A DNA stretch of 64,000 nucleotides from Octopus bimaculoides (GCF_001194135.2 NC_069003.1:37203593-37267592); one strand, 5' to 3'. Counted from the first letter of the stretch, positions 1-14,467 are shown. The notes: a model not told the origin generated them from the sequence alone. Made by a program: numbers and translations.

Positions 1-1410
1 TCCTCCTCACACAGACATACTATAGTGTCCACTAACACCAAAGCCTCTGTCACTAGGTACAAGATCAACTTGATCAAGCAACCATTTAGAAGGCAAAAAA
101 ATCTTGTCTTCTGTGTCTGCACTTTGCACAGATCATGGGCTGCATGTAGTGGCCTTCATTCGGAACCATATTTCTCATTAAATCCATCCTCATACACAAA
201 AGTATACACCATTAAGTGGAAGCTGTTGACCAGAACAGATCTGAATATCTTTGCTTCAACCAAAATTACAATTCCATATTGATTCTACATATAGAAAGGA
301 CTCTACAAAACTAATGAGATTCATTGCTAGAAATAGCAGCCAAATTTCTTTAAAACCAAATTTCAGGAAAGAGGCACACTGGATAATGTAACCCCGGTTG
401 TACAATTCCTAAGAAAAGGAATGCCACAGCTAAAATTATCATCATCATCTAATGTCCAGGCACTATTCTTAAGGGTTTATTCAAACAACTTATAACCAGT
501 ATTTATATATTAAAGTCTGGTATATATTCTATCAGTCTCTTTTGCCAAACTGCTAAGTTATAGGGACATAAACAAACCAGCACCAGTTATAAAGCAGTAG
601 ATGGGGGTAGACAAACACATGCACACACATAAAAAGCTCTCAGTCCACTCTGTAAAGTGGTTGGCATTAGGAAGGGCATTGAGCTGTAGAAACCAGGCCA
701 AAACAGCCAATGGAACCTGGTGCAGCTCTCCAGCCCTGCCAGCTCCTCTCAAACTGTCCAACCCATGCCAGCATGGAAAATGGACATTAAATAATGATGA
801 CCACACACACACACACACACATTTTACATCTACCAAACCATCTCAGTAGACATTGGTTGCCACAGGTCTGTCGTCGGTTCTCCACAGAGGAAGTGAACCT
901 GAAACTATTTGGTAGCAAAGCAAGCTTCTTGACCACACAGCCATAACTTAACCCTACAAAGACAAGAAAAGAAAACTGCTTGTTCTTCTTGTTTCATTCA
1001 TTGATACTCAATGCCTTCCCCCATTGTCCTTGGCTGCTTTCCTTGATTTACCAGTTTCTTTTGTTGTGTTTTTCTTTTCGACTCAGAACTTGCTTAGAAA
1101 ACGGTTTCTGTTTCATCTCATTTTCTTGTGAAAATTGCATCAGTATTTTTATTATTATTAAACAAAAGACATTTTTTCTTTCCTGCTGCCCTACTCCTAC
1201 ATTTTGTCCAACTTTTTCAGTCCTTTTCTTTGTCTTTTTATGCTTTTTTTTGTTTTGGCCAGGTGCAGGTGTGGATGTGCAATTAAGGCGCTTGCTTTGC
1301 AAATACGTGGATTTGGGTTCAGTCCCTCAGCATGCCACCTTGAGCAATTTTTTTTTTTTTTACAATAGCCTGGGACTGACCAAGGCTTTAGAAACTCTGT
1401 GGAAGACCAC

Positions 1411-1450
<40 letters not shown>

Positions 1451-2545
1451 ATCCCCCACTACCAATTGCCAACTGCTGTTGGTTTGTTTACATCCCCATT
1501 ACTCAGTTCTGCTCAACTAAATCTTCCAAGGTGGTGCTCCAGTCCAATGACTGGAACAAGTAAAAGAGAAGCAACACCCTGTAGCTACATATTTCAATAA
1601 ACCCTAAAATGTCCCCAAAAAAGAAAAGAAAAAAAAAACACTTTTTAATGTTGCCTCAACAGAGTGAGGAATGCATTACGTGCCCCACCCCACCCCTAAC
1701 CTATCCCATCAAATAGAGATGTTTAGAGGAACCTAAAATGCTACAAGAGAGAGGTGGAGAGGATGATTAATTGAAAGTAGTGATGGTCATTGTCTTTGGA
1801 AAGATAATGCTTCTATAAAGGACATCCACCATCACCACCACCACAAGAGTCAGTAAGGAAGTCTCTTCAAGGGCACAAGGCTTGCTGGAAATAGCAGCCA
1901 AATTTCCCTCAAATCTCAGCCTTCTGTCTTGAAAAAGAACACATTGTATAATGTAGTACTAAATATAGGATGGTCATAGAGGAATGTCTGTCACCGCCAC
2001 CCTCACCATCTTCAAGAAGTAAGAGGCTGACTAATCCTATTTTGCAGCAATCACTTTTTGTTAAGTAGAAAATCAGTCTTTTGTCAGCCTTTTTCACTCA
2101 AGAGAGAACAAAAGAATTAATTCCAGATTTTTCCCTTGGCTGTGGTGGCGAGGAGGAACAGAGTGATGACAGATTTAGTACTGACTGTTGGCAATGATGT
2201 TGATGAAGGTTGTTTGACCGGTAATTGTGTTTTCTTTCTCACAAAGGACAACACGGAAGAACTATAAGAGCAACAGTGTTCCTACTTGACAACATAAATG
2301 AAGCAAATGAAGGTACCATCTATATGTATGAACAACCTGCTAGAAATAACAGCTAAATATACCCTACTGTCATCTGGCTGTAACACAGACACCTCACACA
2401 ACACCTGTCCATGACAGGTGTTGTTCTTATCTCCAAACAATAAGCTTCTCCTTACTCTTTAGAGAATTCTTGATTCCTGAGATTATCTCCTCTCCTCATT
2501 TAGTGCCAATCTAAATTGCCATTTGGTAATTATGACACATCCTCT

Positions 2546-2868
2546 TAATGGTTCCCGGTTCAGTCCCACAGCATGGTATCTTGGGCAAGTGTCTTCTACC
2601 AAAGTCTCAGGCCAGCCAAAGCCCTGTGAGTGGATTTGGTAGATGGAAACTGAAAGAAGCCCATCATGTGTGTGTTTGTGTCTGTCCATCACCACTGTTT
2701 GATAACCTGTGTTGGTGTGTTTATGTCCCTATAACTTAGCAGTTTGGCAAAAGAGACTGATAGAATAAGTACTAGGCTTAAAAAAAAAAAATAATTACTG
2801 GAGTTTCATTCAATTAAAAATTCTTCAAGGCAGTGCCCCAGCATGGCCACAATCTGATGACGGAAACA
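2546..2868 (+). mobile_element. tRNA-derived CORE-like SINE (family B here)
   Basis: ggttcagtccca B-box-like head, cttgggcaagtgtctt core, ...cggcaaaagagac.gatagaataagtactaggctt tail; related copies at ~460-620(-), 841-950(-), 1275-1570, 34325-34490, 37822-37990, 44390-44470. Confidence 0.7.
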
Positions 2869-3593
2869 NNNNNNNNNNNNNNNNNNNNNNNNNNNNNNNN
2901 NNNNNNNNNNNNNNNNNNNNNNNNNNNNNNNNNNNNNNNNNNNNNNNNNNNNNNNNNNNNNNNNNNNNNNNNNNNNNNNNNNNNNNNNNNNNNNNNNNNN
3001 NNNNNNNNNNNNNNNNNNNNNNNNNNNNNNNTATATATATATATATATATATGACCTACATTCATACAAAAATAGTAGTAGCAGAAAATGAGTGTGTTTC
3101 TGCAGGATTACTTGACCTGCTAGAAACTGCAGCCAAATATCCCTCAAATTACATTTTACTGTTAGAAATAAAGAAAAACCATTGGATAATGTAGTCCCAG
3201 ATATACTATGCCTGGAAAAAGAACATACAATAGTCATGGCTAGGAAACCATTGCTCTTATGAGGTAATTTAGAATTAAATAACAAAAAGAATAACAGAAT
3301 TATTAGTAACCTCATTAGCTCCCCACCCTCCAAGCACACATCCACCCTCCCGTCATAAGCCAATCGTTTCATGATTCGCTTTCATTGTGTAGCATCCTGG
3401 GCTAGCTTCTATCAAGGCCTGAAGTTGATCACCAATAGCATGGGGAACTGAGTAGAGAGGCTGATCTTGTTGCAGGGCAGCAGACATTACCTGCGCCAAC
3501 CGTTTTCTTACCAGTATTTCTGTTGCAATTCACTGCTTTTTGTTTTCAGTCATTTTGAAAAACGATAAAGAAAAATAGCTCAGTCAGTTTTAT

Positions 3594-3968
3594 GCCTTTA
3601 GCTTTCAGATTATTCTGTCAAACACGAAATGCTTATTTATTCACATTGTTTAATCATGGTTTATCCTATAACTGTGAAATTTCGATGATCTGATTGTTTG
3701 TAAATATACAAATACCCATTTTTCTTTCCACCAGGGATTTCTATGCTGCAACATTAGATTATTTTCTACAGCCAAAATATACAGTAAAAACTTATGTTTA
3801 CAAAATATTTTCACTCATCACCGTTTCCTAACTTACACACGATATGATTGTTTATTTTTAAACTGACATTCTAGAGTAGGTATGAAAGAGCAAATTCCAC
3901 CAGTTTGAATATGAAACAGGGAGAATATTTGGGTCAGATATGGCCAGTTTAAATGCTAAAGGGTTAAA
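3594..3968. mobile_element. TTAA-flanked MITE (piggyBac-type ends) with an internal insertion
   Basis: Starts cctttagctttcagattattctgtcaaa and ends aaatgctaaagggttaa; body matches 33346-33547 and 55314-55435. Confidence 0.65.
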
Positions 3969-4404
3969 CTTGTGTTTGGAACATTAATCAAAAACAGAAA
4001 GTGTGTATTATAGAATCAGGGCAATCTCTTGTGAGCTGCTATGAAAAGGGTTAAGACTTCCATCTGGCCATCCACCTAGTTGGAAGCATTCAAGCCTGGT
4101 CTCAGGAGGAGAATTTACAGAGGATCTGGAAATGGTTCTGGAGACTCTAAGCCTTTCTCCTCTGACAAAAAAACCAGTTAGGGAATGTTCAAAAGAGCAG
4201 GTCACAGATTAATGGAAAGGTAAGGTAATTGGAAAGTGTCAGAGAGGGAAAGGTTTGTCTGAGTACAAAACGTTTTGGCACAAATGCTTATTTGGTATTT
4301 TGTTGATTCAGTGTTGACTTACTTGACATCAGACATTTTAATGGTTCTCACATTCTCTCTCTCTCTCTCTGTATATTCTTCTGTGCCTGAGAAGGAAAGT
4401 TATC

Positions 4405-4600
4405 ACCATCATTTAACGTCTATTTTCCCATGCTGGCATGGGTTGGACAATTTGACTGTTCCTATCAAACTGGAGTACTGCATCAGGCTCCACTCGTTGG
4501 TTTTGGAAAGGTTTCTATGGCTGGATGGCCGTCCTCACACCAACCACTTTACAGGGTGTACTAGGTGTTATTTACGTGGCACCAGCACAAATTGCAATGT
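4405..4600. mobile_element. SINE/LINE-tail family C (catcatcatttaacgtc...ccatgctggcatgggt...ggctggatgcccttcct)
   Basis: Related copies at ~640-810 (rc), 12930-13125 (rc), 32790-32925, 38110-38170 (rc), 40440-40570 (rc), 46870-47030, 52940-53110, 54240-54410. Confidence 0.65.
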
Positions 4601-6177
4601 CCATCTCCCTCTTTCACTCTCTCTCTCTGTATGTGTATGGCTGTGGAGGTGCCTCCACCAGAGTCAACCATTACTGTCACCAAAACAGGATGAATGCCCT
4701 GTCAGCCAAATTTTCAACATCCAGCTGCACTCAGTCATCCCATACTGGGTCTCACCTCTCAGGTAAACAACATTTTGTTTTCTAGAAAGAATCAGCAATG
4801 TGACTGTAGGGAGGTTTTGCCACTCTAGTTATGGTACGATACACTTCTAACGGTGGGTACAGTAATTTATCCCCAGGTTACGCTTGATTGGAGAGATACA
4901 ATGAAAGGCGTCCACGTGATGATCATACAATTTTTATTTCAGTTACAAAGTTATCCAATTTTATTTTCTCTTAGATACATATAACTTAGTTGCATTTTTT
5001 TTATATAGCAGAGTGTGAATTGAGGGAGATTTGGCTGCTATTTCTAACAAGTGAAGCGAACACACACTTTTCATGTTGGTTCACAGTAGGTGCAGCACTT
5101 ATATGTGTTGCACATTTCAACAGCGTATTATAATAACTGGTAACCAATTGAAGGTCTTATACTATTCTGGGTGACAGCTACACTCGACTGGACCAAACTC
5201 GGTAGATGATTAACACTTACAGCAGATATTTTAGTCATCTTTTTTTTTTTACTTCTACCACTCCATCTCGTTCGTTTTCGCCCTGCTTTCGTCCACAGGT
5301 ACGGAATCGTACGTTAACGGAAGAGTCTGCTTTCATAAGCTAAATACCCAAGTATATAAGTAAATAATAAAGAATTGCAAACCGAATCGTAAATTCATTT
5401 CTCAACCACAAACCACACAACAAAAATAACACAAACACAGACGTACTGTAGGTTATATTGTTAATAATTTTTATATAACAAAATGTTGAATGTGATGTTT
5501 AGAGCCGGACGTTCAAGCAATTGTGCGCTAGAGAGAGAGAGATTATAGGGGCGGGATAATATGTGGCTGTGATACCAATATTTTTATCCCTGGAACACAC
5601 CAGTACAGCAGTTCCAAGACGAGAATTAAAAAATCCGGACAATGAACTCGATTCGCTGAGAAATCGCTAAAGCAGCAGCACGTCACACACACACACACAC
5701 ACGAGTAATAACTACGACAGGTCTATCAACTCACCTGACCAGCGCAGCTATAATGGCCGGTTTTAGCGAAATGTCTAGGTTTTTCTTTTTGCTGGTCTAT
5801 TTACATGCTACTGTCCAGCGCGCACGCACATCCATTTGTTTAGTAAATATTAGTCCACACACACACACACACTCACACTCGCGCGCGCGCACACACACTC
5901 AAAATCTGCCAACATGATGTCACGTTCACACATACACACAGATGCATCTATTTACATTATGGTTACGATGACAGTCATGTCACAATTTTAGCTATTATTA
6001 TTATTATTATTATATCATCATTAACGATTACTATTATTAATCAATAATAATGATCATGATCATTATTATTATTAATTATGATATACCTGTTTAGAAAACC
6101 TCTCACCATGGAAACGTGAACAATGAAAATGCGATATAAAAAGCTAGGCTTATTTTAATTTCGTATTTCCGTCCTCC

Positions 6178-6321
<144 letters not shown>

Positions 6322-7399
6322 TCTAGTATTTAATTTTACATAAGTGATTGCTGATCATTTTTATTAAGTAAAAATTAAAAGAATTTGAAATGACTTGCAA
6401 TCGAACGATTAACTTACACAGAAATATGATAAAGAGAAGATACTGTAAATATATTAACTGTTAAATTCTGTATTTTTCTTAATTAATGAACACTAAAATC
6501 GATTCAAAATGGACACAATATAGTTTCTTCCATAAGCTGAAGATCAATTTTATAAAGCGAGATATTATCTATTCCATTGTTACATTACTAGTGTTGACAT
6601 GACCCCAAAATACGAAACTGACAATAGCTCTGTTGGTTTTCATGAAAGAACGTCTTCGGCAGCGGATGGCAAAACTGAAAGATTGTTGCACCAAATTCTT
6701 TGCAGTATTTATGTCAGTGAGATATCGAGTTCAAATCCCATTGGAGTTTACATTTTATACATCCAAGATAAATAAGAGCATTTTTGTCGTCCATTTAAAC
6801 GGACTGGCAAAATCGTTGCATAAAATGGTTCCGGTATTCAGTCGCAGTCCTTTGCGTTCCGAGTTCAAACACTACCAAGGTCTACCTTGATTTTCATACT
6901 TTTGGGGTTGCACTCAAATACTATGATCGATTTAATGGTCCTATAAAGCACCCTTGATGTAACAGAATTGTACTAGGAGACTTAGATTGTGCCTTGCCTC
7001 CTAGGCCTTATACATCGAGTTCAAATCCTACTGAGGTCGACCTCTCTTCAGATTTTCCCCAGGAGCCGATCACATAGGTATTAGTTAAATACCGAAGATC
7101 GGTTAAATTAACTGTGCCTTCCTCCATAACATGTGATCCCCAAATAGAATGTTGTATTCAGTTACGTGTCGAGCTGAAGCCTATTCGAATGAAATTCACA
7201 CATCTTAGCCCCCGGGATTGCATTACCGAAACTTTCACATCGATTCAAGTTTTGCAGATTGCGCATGATCTTTGATAAGCTTTGTTGTTTTTTTTATTTT
7301 GATGCATCTTCCAGCCCAACAAAGTGTTAAACCAAGGTTTGCATCACAAAAACAGATTACAACAGACTGGTCTTTCAACTGATTCACCGGCTTCACTGA

Positions 7400-8060
7400 A
7401 GAGGTGTAATTAGACTGGAAAATGTTCAGAGTAGTCATCCTTTCTTGCAGAGACCAGATTAAATAAATAGTATAAGTTATAGAGGGAATGTTTTCTTCTC
7501 ACGACATAAATATTATTAGAATCCTCCTCAAATGATCATAATCAAATTTGTTTCTCGAGAAACTGACGGCTCTTCCATTTCTTTTAGTCATTATTCTATA
7601 TTAAACTCGTCGCACAAATTTAAATTTACGTTGAAATAATAAAGCATGCATTCTTAATATAACAGACATCCATCGATTTTTTTTTCCTGAGCATCAGTTA
7701 GTGTTCATGCTTCTGTTCCGTAAAGCAGGAAGGATTCGAAATTGGAGACGAAGTGCGTAACGCTTCATCTTCCGTTTGAATCCAGACGTCCATACTTTTG
7801 TCATGTCATGAAGTAGCACCTTTCAGGTATCTGGAGTTGAGATCCCTGAACGACGACGACAGCGAGGAGGAGATTGCCGCACTGAGGTATTTCATGTTCT
7901 TCTCCTTCTTGAGTGTCTCTCCACTAATACAGCTGACAACCGTGTTAGATCAGAACATCGACATTCTTTAAGTTCAGCTAAAACTCCACCACTTTTAGGC
8001 ATTCCATTTCAAGTGCAAGCCCGAACTTGCTCAGCGAGATGTCGATATGATGAAGGTCAA
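7400..8060 (-). mobile_element. Degenerate RTE-clade LINE, RT C-terminal/3' fragment
   Basis: Minus-strand remnants SKFGL, KYLSA, MTKVWTS and FESFLLYGTEA*TLTDAQEKKIDGC (cf. RTE consensus ESILLYGCETWTLT..EK.LDG), with stops and frameshifts. Confidence 0.75.
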
Positions 8061-11010
8061 CAACTGTTACAGCTTGTTATAGTTGTTGACCTTGACAGCT
8101 GTTAAGAGTAATTGATCAAACAATATAAGAGAGGCTGATGTCGTTGGAAGTATTGACTTTCAGAAAGTTAAACATTGCCACTTATTCGGCATCGAGTACC
8201 ACAAACATCGCCCCCGCCCAGCTAAACAAGCAAAACCAATTGCTTGATCAGACCCTTTTCATTAATGCTTTTGCCATACTCTTTATTATTACAATCGCTA
8301 CTCCACAATAATTCGGGATCGATAAATCAAGTACCAGTTGAGTACTGGGGTCGATGTACTCGACTAGTCCCCTCACCCAAATTTTGAAGCTTTGTGCCTT
8401 TAGTAGAAAGGATCATTATTATTTTTAGCATTGCTGCATCACTGAAAACAAGGCATTTGGATTAGATTGGTACAACATTGCCTAGAAATTAGCTCCTTGC
8501 AATTCCTTCCTAAAATTGCATTTAAATTTGGGATTGTGAAAAATTATTTACTTGGAAAGGGGGAAGTATTTGGGATGAGAAGGTTCAATTACTTTGATCA
8601 ATTTATTAGAGAGGGCACGTTATTGATGAGGTCGCGAATGGCAACAAAAAGACTTCGACAAACCTGATTAGATAATTAAACAGTTAACCAATTGACAAAT
8701 AAAAAAGTGAAACAGAACCAGTGCGTGTTTTTTTTTTTAATTATTGGCATAATGACCCTCTCGAGATACAAGATAAATGTTACCGCGACAAAATGATAAA
8801 ACTCCGACTTTTCGGGTTAACGTCTATTGTCGAAGAAGAAGATAGTTTCGTACGCTTCCTATCTATAAGAAGCTACAACCATCGAAGCAACAAATAACCA
8901 GCAATAGAACAGTCCTCAAACAACCACGTTGTTGGGAGTTAGACAAGAAACGAGGAACAAAATATCCAATATAAAGCTGCCTTAAAAACATTAAGCGATC
9001 AGCAGAAATTTCTTTTTTAAATATAATTATTATCGATCGGGGAAACAAGATGGAAAGTTGTGCATTAAGACAAGATGTTCGAAGAGAGACACTATCAGAG
9101 TTGAAACTCATCTTGTAAAGAGTGAGGGGGAACAACAGCGAAAAGATGAGAATGAATAGAAAGAAAAGGGACTTGATAAGTGACCTTAAGAGAAACAAGA
9201 AGTTTGGCCAAATAAAGATAGAGAGAGAAGCAGTACCTAGTGGCTGGAGTAGTATATACGATCTGTTGTGCTAACAACAGTACGGAATCACGTGTGCACA
9301 TCTGTAAGTGCGTATATGTGTCTGTATATGTTCATAACCTCCACTGCATTAGTATTCTAGATGAAGAGTGGGTCATGAGACAACGCTAAAACAGTTGGCA
9401 GGCAGACATCGTAGAGGTGGAGACAGCGCAATGTAGAAGTGGGAACGAAAATTCGTGGATCGAACGTTCGTTCGGCTGTTCGGAGAAGCAGACAAATAAA
9501 TACTTAACAGGGGGAGGGGGAGGAGAACAGCATGACAGTTCCTAACTCGTGCTCCTCGGTGCCAAACTAAAGAACTAAAATGAATACAAAAGGAACTGTT
9601 CGGAAAGTTTAATTATTGGAATATCGGAATAAGTGGTGACGTCGATGCATAAACTAATATCTATTCGAATGTTGATTATTGGAAAATAAGCTGAACACTA
9701 GACTAAAACATTTACATTTACACAAAACACAGGATCTGAAGGTCGTCACTTGTCAATATTACACATTATGTAAAACCTGTTTCCAACAACAGCAAAACAG
9801 CCCGACTGCAAACTATTTGGTCCGGTTACGACGTCGTGTCTTGATCGAAGTGTTAAAAATCCGACGAAACTAATGATGAGCTGTGACAGCAATACAGCAA
9901 AAACGATTCACAAAATTATGTTAATTTTTACCTTGAGGCAAAACGAAAGGGTTTAAGGCTTTCAGTTGAGTCCTTCACCTGAAGAGGATCAGAGTTTTAG
10001 TAAAACACTACCAACCTTTCGTCTCGGCGATCCTTGGATTAATATCTCCACATTCACACATCTATCACATGTTATTTTATGTCTGCTGATCGGAGAGGAC
10101 TCTTTATCGAAGATTTTTTTTTAAATTTATTTTTCGGCTATCAATTGAGAGGTAGTTGTTATATCATATATNNNNNNNNNNNNNNNNNNNNNNNNNNNNN
10201 NNNNNNNNNNNNNNNNNNNNNNNNNNNNNNNNNNNNNNNNNNNNNNNNNNNNNNNNNNNNNNNNNNNNNNNNNNNNNNNNNNNNNNNNNNNNNNNNNNNN
10301 NNNNNNNNNNNNNNNNNNNNNNNNNNNNNNNNNNNNNNNNNNNNNNNNNNNNNNNNNNNNNNNNNNNNNNNNNNNNNNNNNNNNNNNNNNNNNNNNNNNN
10401 NNNNNNNNNNNNNNNNNNNNNNNNNNNNNNNNNNNNNNNNNNNNNNNNNNNNNNNNNNNNNNNNNNNNNNNNNNNNNNNNNNNNNNNNNNNNNNNNNNNN
10501 NNNNNNNNNNNNNNNNNNNNNNNNNNNNNNNNNNNNNNNNNNNNNNNNNNNNNNNNNNNNNNNNNNNNNNNNNNNNNNNNNNNNNNNNNNNNNNNNNNNN
10601 NNNNNNNNNNNNNNNNNNNNNNNNNNNNNNNNNNNNNNNNNNNNNNNNNNNNNNNNNNNNNNNNNNNNNNNNNNNNNNNNNNNNNNNNNNNNNNNNNNNN
10701 NNNNNNNNNNNNNNNNNNNNNNNNNNNNNNNNNNNNNNNNNNNNNNNNNNNNNNNNNNNNNNNNNNNNNNNNNNNNNNNNNNNNNNNNNNNNNNNNNNNN
10801 NNNNNNNNNNNNNNNNNNNNNNNNNNNNNNNNNNNNNNNNNNNNNNNNNNNNNNNNNNNNNNNNNNNNNNNNNNNNNNNNNNNNNNNNNNNNNNNNNNNN
10901 NNNNNNNNNNNNNNNNNNNNNNNNNNNNNNNNNNNNNNNNNNNNNNNNNNNNNNNNNNNNNNNNNNNNNNNNNNNNNNNNNNNNNNNNNNNNNNNNNNNN
11001 NNNNNNNNNN

Positions 11011-11088
<78 letters not shown>

Positions 11089-11104
11089 CGTGTGTGCGTG
11101 CGCG
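11011..11104. repeat. (TG)n microsatellite at a gap edge
   Basis: Direct reading. Confidence 0.95.
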
Positions 11105-12360
11105 AATGCGTGTTCTCGGTAGCTTTAAGCAAAGTTTATACTAAGAAGGAATAGATTTTCTAACAAAACCAACAACAGAGATTTCCAAATTAGTTTTAAA
11201 TGATTGCAAACTAAAAAAACGAAAAGAAAAAAGTCCAACGGATTCAAGTTTAGGATTAACTCAAGTTTCTAAAAAGTAGCGAAAAGCTTTCAAAAATAAG
11301 TGGATTGTGTTTGAAAGAAGCCCAAAATGAATATTTTGCTAAATTAATAGAGCGCGCGCGCGTGTTTATATGAAGTTACATACAAAAACAATTGAACATT
11401 AAACTGATGGCCAACTCAGTAGATTACATATTTATCAACTTCTACAAGGAAAAGGTTGAGAGTGACTTGGAAGTTTCGGCCTGCTTGCCTTCGTCATACT
11501 TTACCTGGATTCTTATTGACTTTATATAGTTTTTGGTAAGATATTTTCTGGTGTGGGGTAAATAGGGAAAATAGCTTATGTAGGAAGGGGGAGAACTGAG
11601 GAGGAAAGGAGAGTGTGATTGTAGGGTATAGTGTGATATAAAGTCATAACGAGATTTAGTCTGGTTTGATACAGGAATTGTTGTTGTTTAGGGTTCAGTC
11701 AAGCGTGAAAGTAAAGGTATAAACAGATGCGCCAAATGCAGCTGACGACATTCTTTGTATAGAAAGTTGGGTTTTGTTGTGATTTAGGGTAAAGTGCAGT
11801 GATGAAGGCGAACAAGCCGCGACTTCGAAGTCACTGTTTCTTTGTATGTGTGTATATGTATGTGTGCCCCTAGTCTGAATGAGTGAAATGTGTGTTTTCT
11901 GGAATGGGATAGCGAAACGGTATGAACGCCACAAAACCCTATTGTGCAATAATTCTAGCGCAATACATATTTATGTGAACACATAAATATGTATTGCGTT
12001 TAAGTGATAGTGTCAGATCGTTTATTGATGCATTTGAATATTAAGCAATGCATGTTAATATCCAAATAACTTGCTAAAAAGGCGACATTTCANNNNNNNN
12101 NNNNNNNNNNNNNNNNNNNNNNNNNNNNNNNNNNNNNNNNNNNNNNNNNNNNNNNNNNNNNNNNNNNNNNNNNNNNNNNNNNNNNNNNNNNNNNNNNNNN
12201 NNNNNNNNNNNAATATTATTTAGCTTAATAATTATTGATAGAATAAATTCAAACTTTCGTTTCTCCGATGCCAGAGTGGACAGTGAAGCAATCAATCAAA
12301 CAAACCAGACAATACGGTGGCACATAATTTTCTGGTGGCTGGATTTTATAGTAATACAAG

Positions 12361-12421
12361 CCGAAGATGATGATAACGATGGTGGTGGTGGTGATGGTGG
12401 TGGTGGTGATGGTGGTGGTGA
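12361..12421. repeat. (GGT/GAT)n trinucleotide repeat
   Basis: Direct reading. Confidence 0.9.
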
Positions 12422-13294
12422 TAACATCTCGTTATTTCCCACCAGTCGTTGTTAGCTCTTAGTGTTCTTTTCAAAATTTATTGTTTTAAAAGCTTAATCA
12501 AAAGAGGAAGAGCAGAGCTCATAACCCTTTTCAGAAGTTTCCATGATCGGTGGAGCAGGGATTTGGTCAATAGCGTGACGGGGATAGGGCGAGAAGGGCG
12601 AAGCTTTTATTAAGGGCGTAACTGTTAGGTCTGTATAAGCCTGTATATGCTTGAGGGCACGGGGAGGAGGGAACGGTAAACGCAAGGGCTTCCCCAGGCG
12701 GAGCACACTCAAGCTTCTCCACTGCAACTGGTCAGATATTTGCAACAAAGTGAGAAATGCATCCAAGGACCTGGCGATTGGTGCAGAACCGTATGACGGA
12801 TTGAATCCATAAGTCACAGATAGAAGCGGCCCTTGCGAGGGGCTGCAGGGCATTTGTCACCTCTACCAAATGTGTGTGCGCTACTGTCGCTTTGCCTTCA
12901 CATCACGTGATAGTTTTACGCAAGTGTCACCGTCATGCAAGCGGTGTCCTCTATTCCCAGTATTCCGTGACAAACATGTCTCGCCATAAGGAAATATTAC
13001 CTTGCTTGAAAACAGGTGGGGATTGGCGACAGGAAAGGCATCCGGCTGTAGAAAATTCGTCTCGACAAATTCCCTCCGACTCATGCCAGCATGGAAAAGT
13101 GAACATGAAGACAATGATGATCACGCAAACGTACGCACACACACACAGAAGGTTAGATAGCATGCGTGGTTAATTCAACTGTGGATCAATCATACTTTCC
13201 CCCGTTGCTGTAGTTCTTCCAATTAAACAGCAGACGAAACATCTACATTACCAGACTTGAATTACTCGTTTATTTTAATCCTTGATTCGCAAGC

Positions 13295-13335
<41 letters not shown>

Positions 13336-14334
13336 AAGAGTAGATCGAATCGTGAAGTTTGGCGAGGGCTTCAGCTCTACCTTCCTAACTATACTCTGTG
13401 ATAACGAATTACAAATAAAATGATTTGAGATGAGGCCTCTTGGCAATGTTAAATGGTCAAATGTCACAGCGTTGGTGACTGGACATGAATCACAGACAAG
13501 CTGATGGTACTTAGCCATCTGCAGTTGACCGTCATTAAAGGGAGAGAGGCCTCAAGTGTCGAACCGAAAGTAAATATTTAGACGAAAAGAAGGCTCGTTA
13601 AAATATATGTTAGAAGTGGAAAAGTGATGGAAGAAAAAAAGAATATCTGATGAATAATCATTTTCTCAAGAATTATAAATTCAGGTTCAAAAGCGTTTCT
13701 CTTGTGGGTACACAAAATATTCTTACATTCTCACACCTTATTCTGTATTAAGGGTTTTTTTTTTTAATAAATAAGTTTTACGCATGAACAGTGAGAATAA
13801 AACTATTTTCTCATTTCAAATCCACTATATTTAAAAAGTATTTAATTAACAATTGATTACATGACATTGCTTACATTATATATGCTTGCTTTTTTTTTTT
13901 AAGGTCGGACTTAAATTGATACACATAATAGGGCAAGAAGCGCATACATACAATTTCAGAGCAACATTCCTACACACTCACACTAAACACACATATTTAT
14001 ATATATACACACACACACACATCTGATTGCGCGCTCGCATTCATATATAACAAACATCTATGCAAAATATATATAATTTTTATAAGTAGATTTAAACAAA
14101 AATATAAGCATAAGCATAAAAAAAACAGTGTTCGGTTGCAAAAAGAATATAGAAAGAACATCATTTAGATTCTGATGTGTGTTTGGTTTAATTAATTCCT
14201 CAAAATCACACGAAACTGCAGCCAAAATTAACGAAAACTGACCGACATATTCTGATCTTTTTTTTAATTTTCTTTCTGGTCACAACTGTATTCCGATAGT
14301 AACCGACTAGGTATGGAGTACAGCGAATAAACAG

Positions 14335-14372
<38 letters not shown>

Positions 14373-14431
14373 NNNNNNNNNNNNNNNNNNNNNGTCAATA
14401 AATATATATATATATATATGTGTGTGTGTGT

Positions 14432-14467
<36 letters not shown>

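Noticed and set aside
5753-5920. Plus-strand signal-peptide-like ORF MAGFSEMSRFFFLLVYL...
   Set aside because: It has only ~54 codons, runs into a (CA)n repeat and has no splice donor or homology.
10079-11154. Long ORFs in the track spanning 10-11 kb, 18 kb, 21 kb, 25-26 kb and 42.7-43.4 kb
   Set aside because: They consist of X residues from N-gaps plus microsatellite translations (YIYI, CVCV, HTHT) and are not real coding sequence.
11795-11880. C/D-box-like pair (gtgatga ... ctga)
   Set aside because: No terminal stem, the interior is a (TG/TA) repeat, and such motifs are expected by chance.
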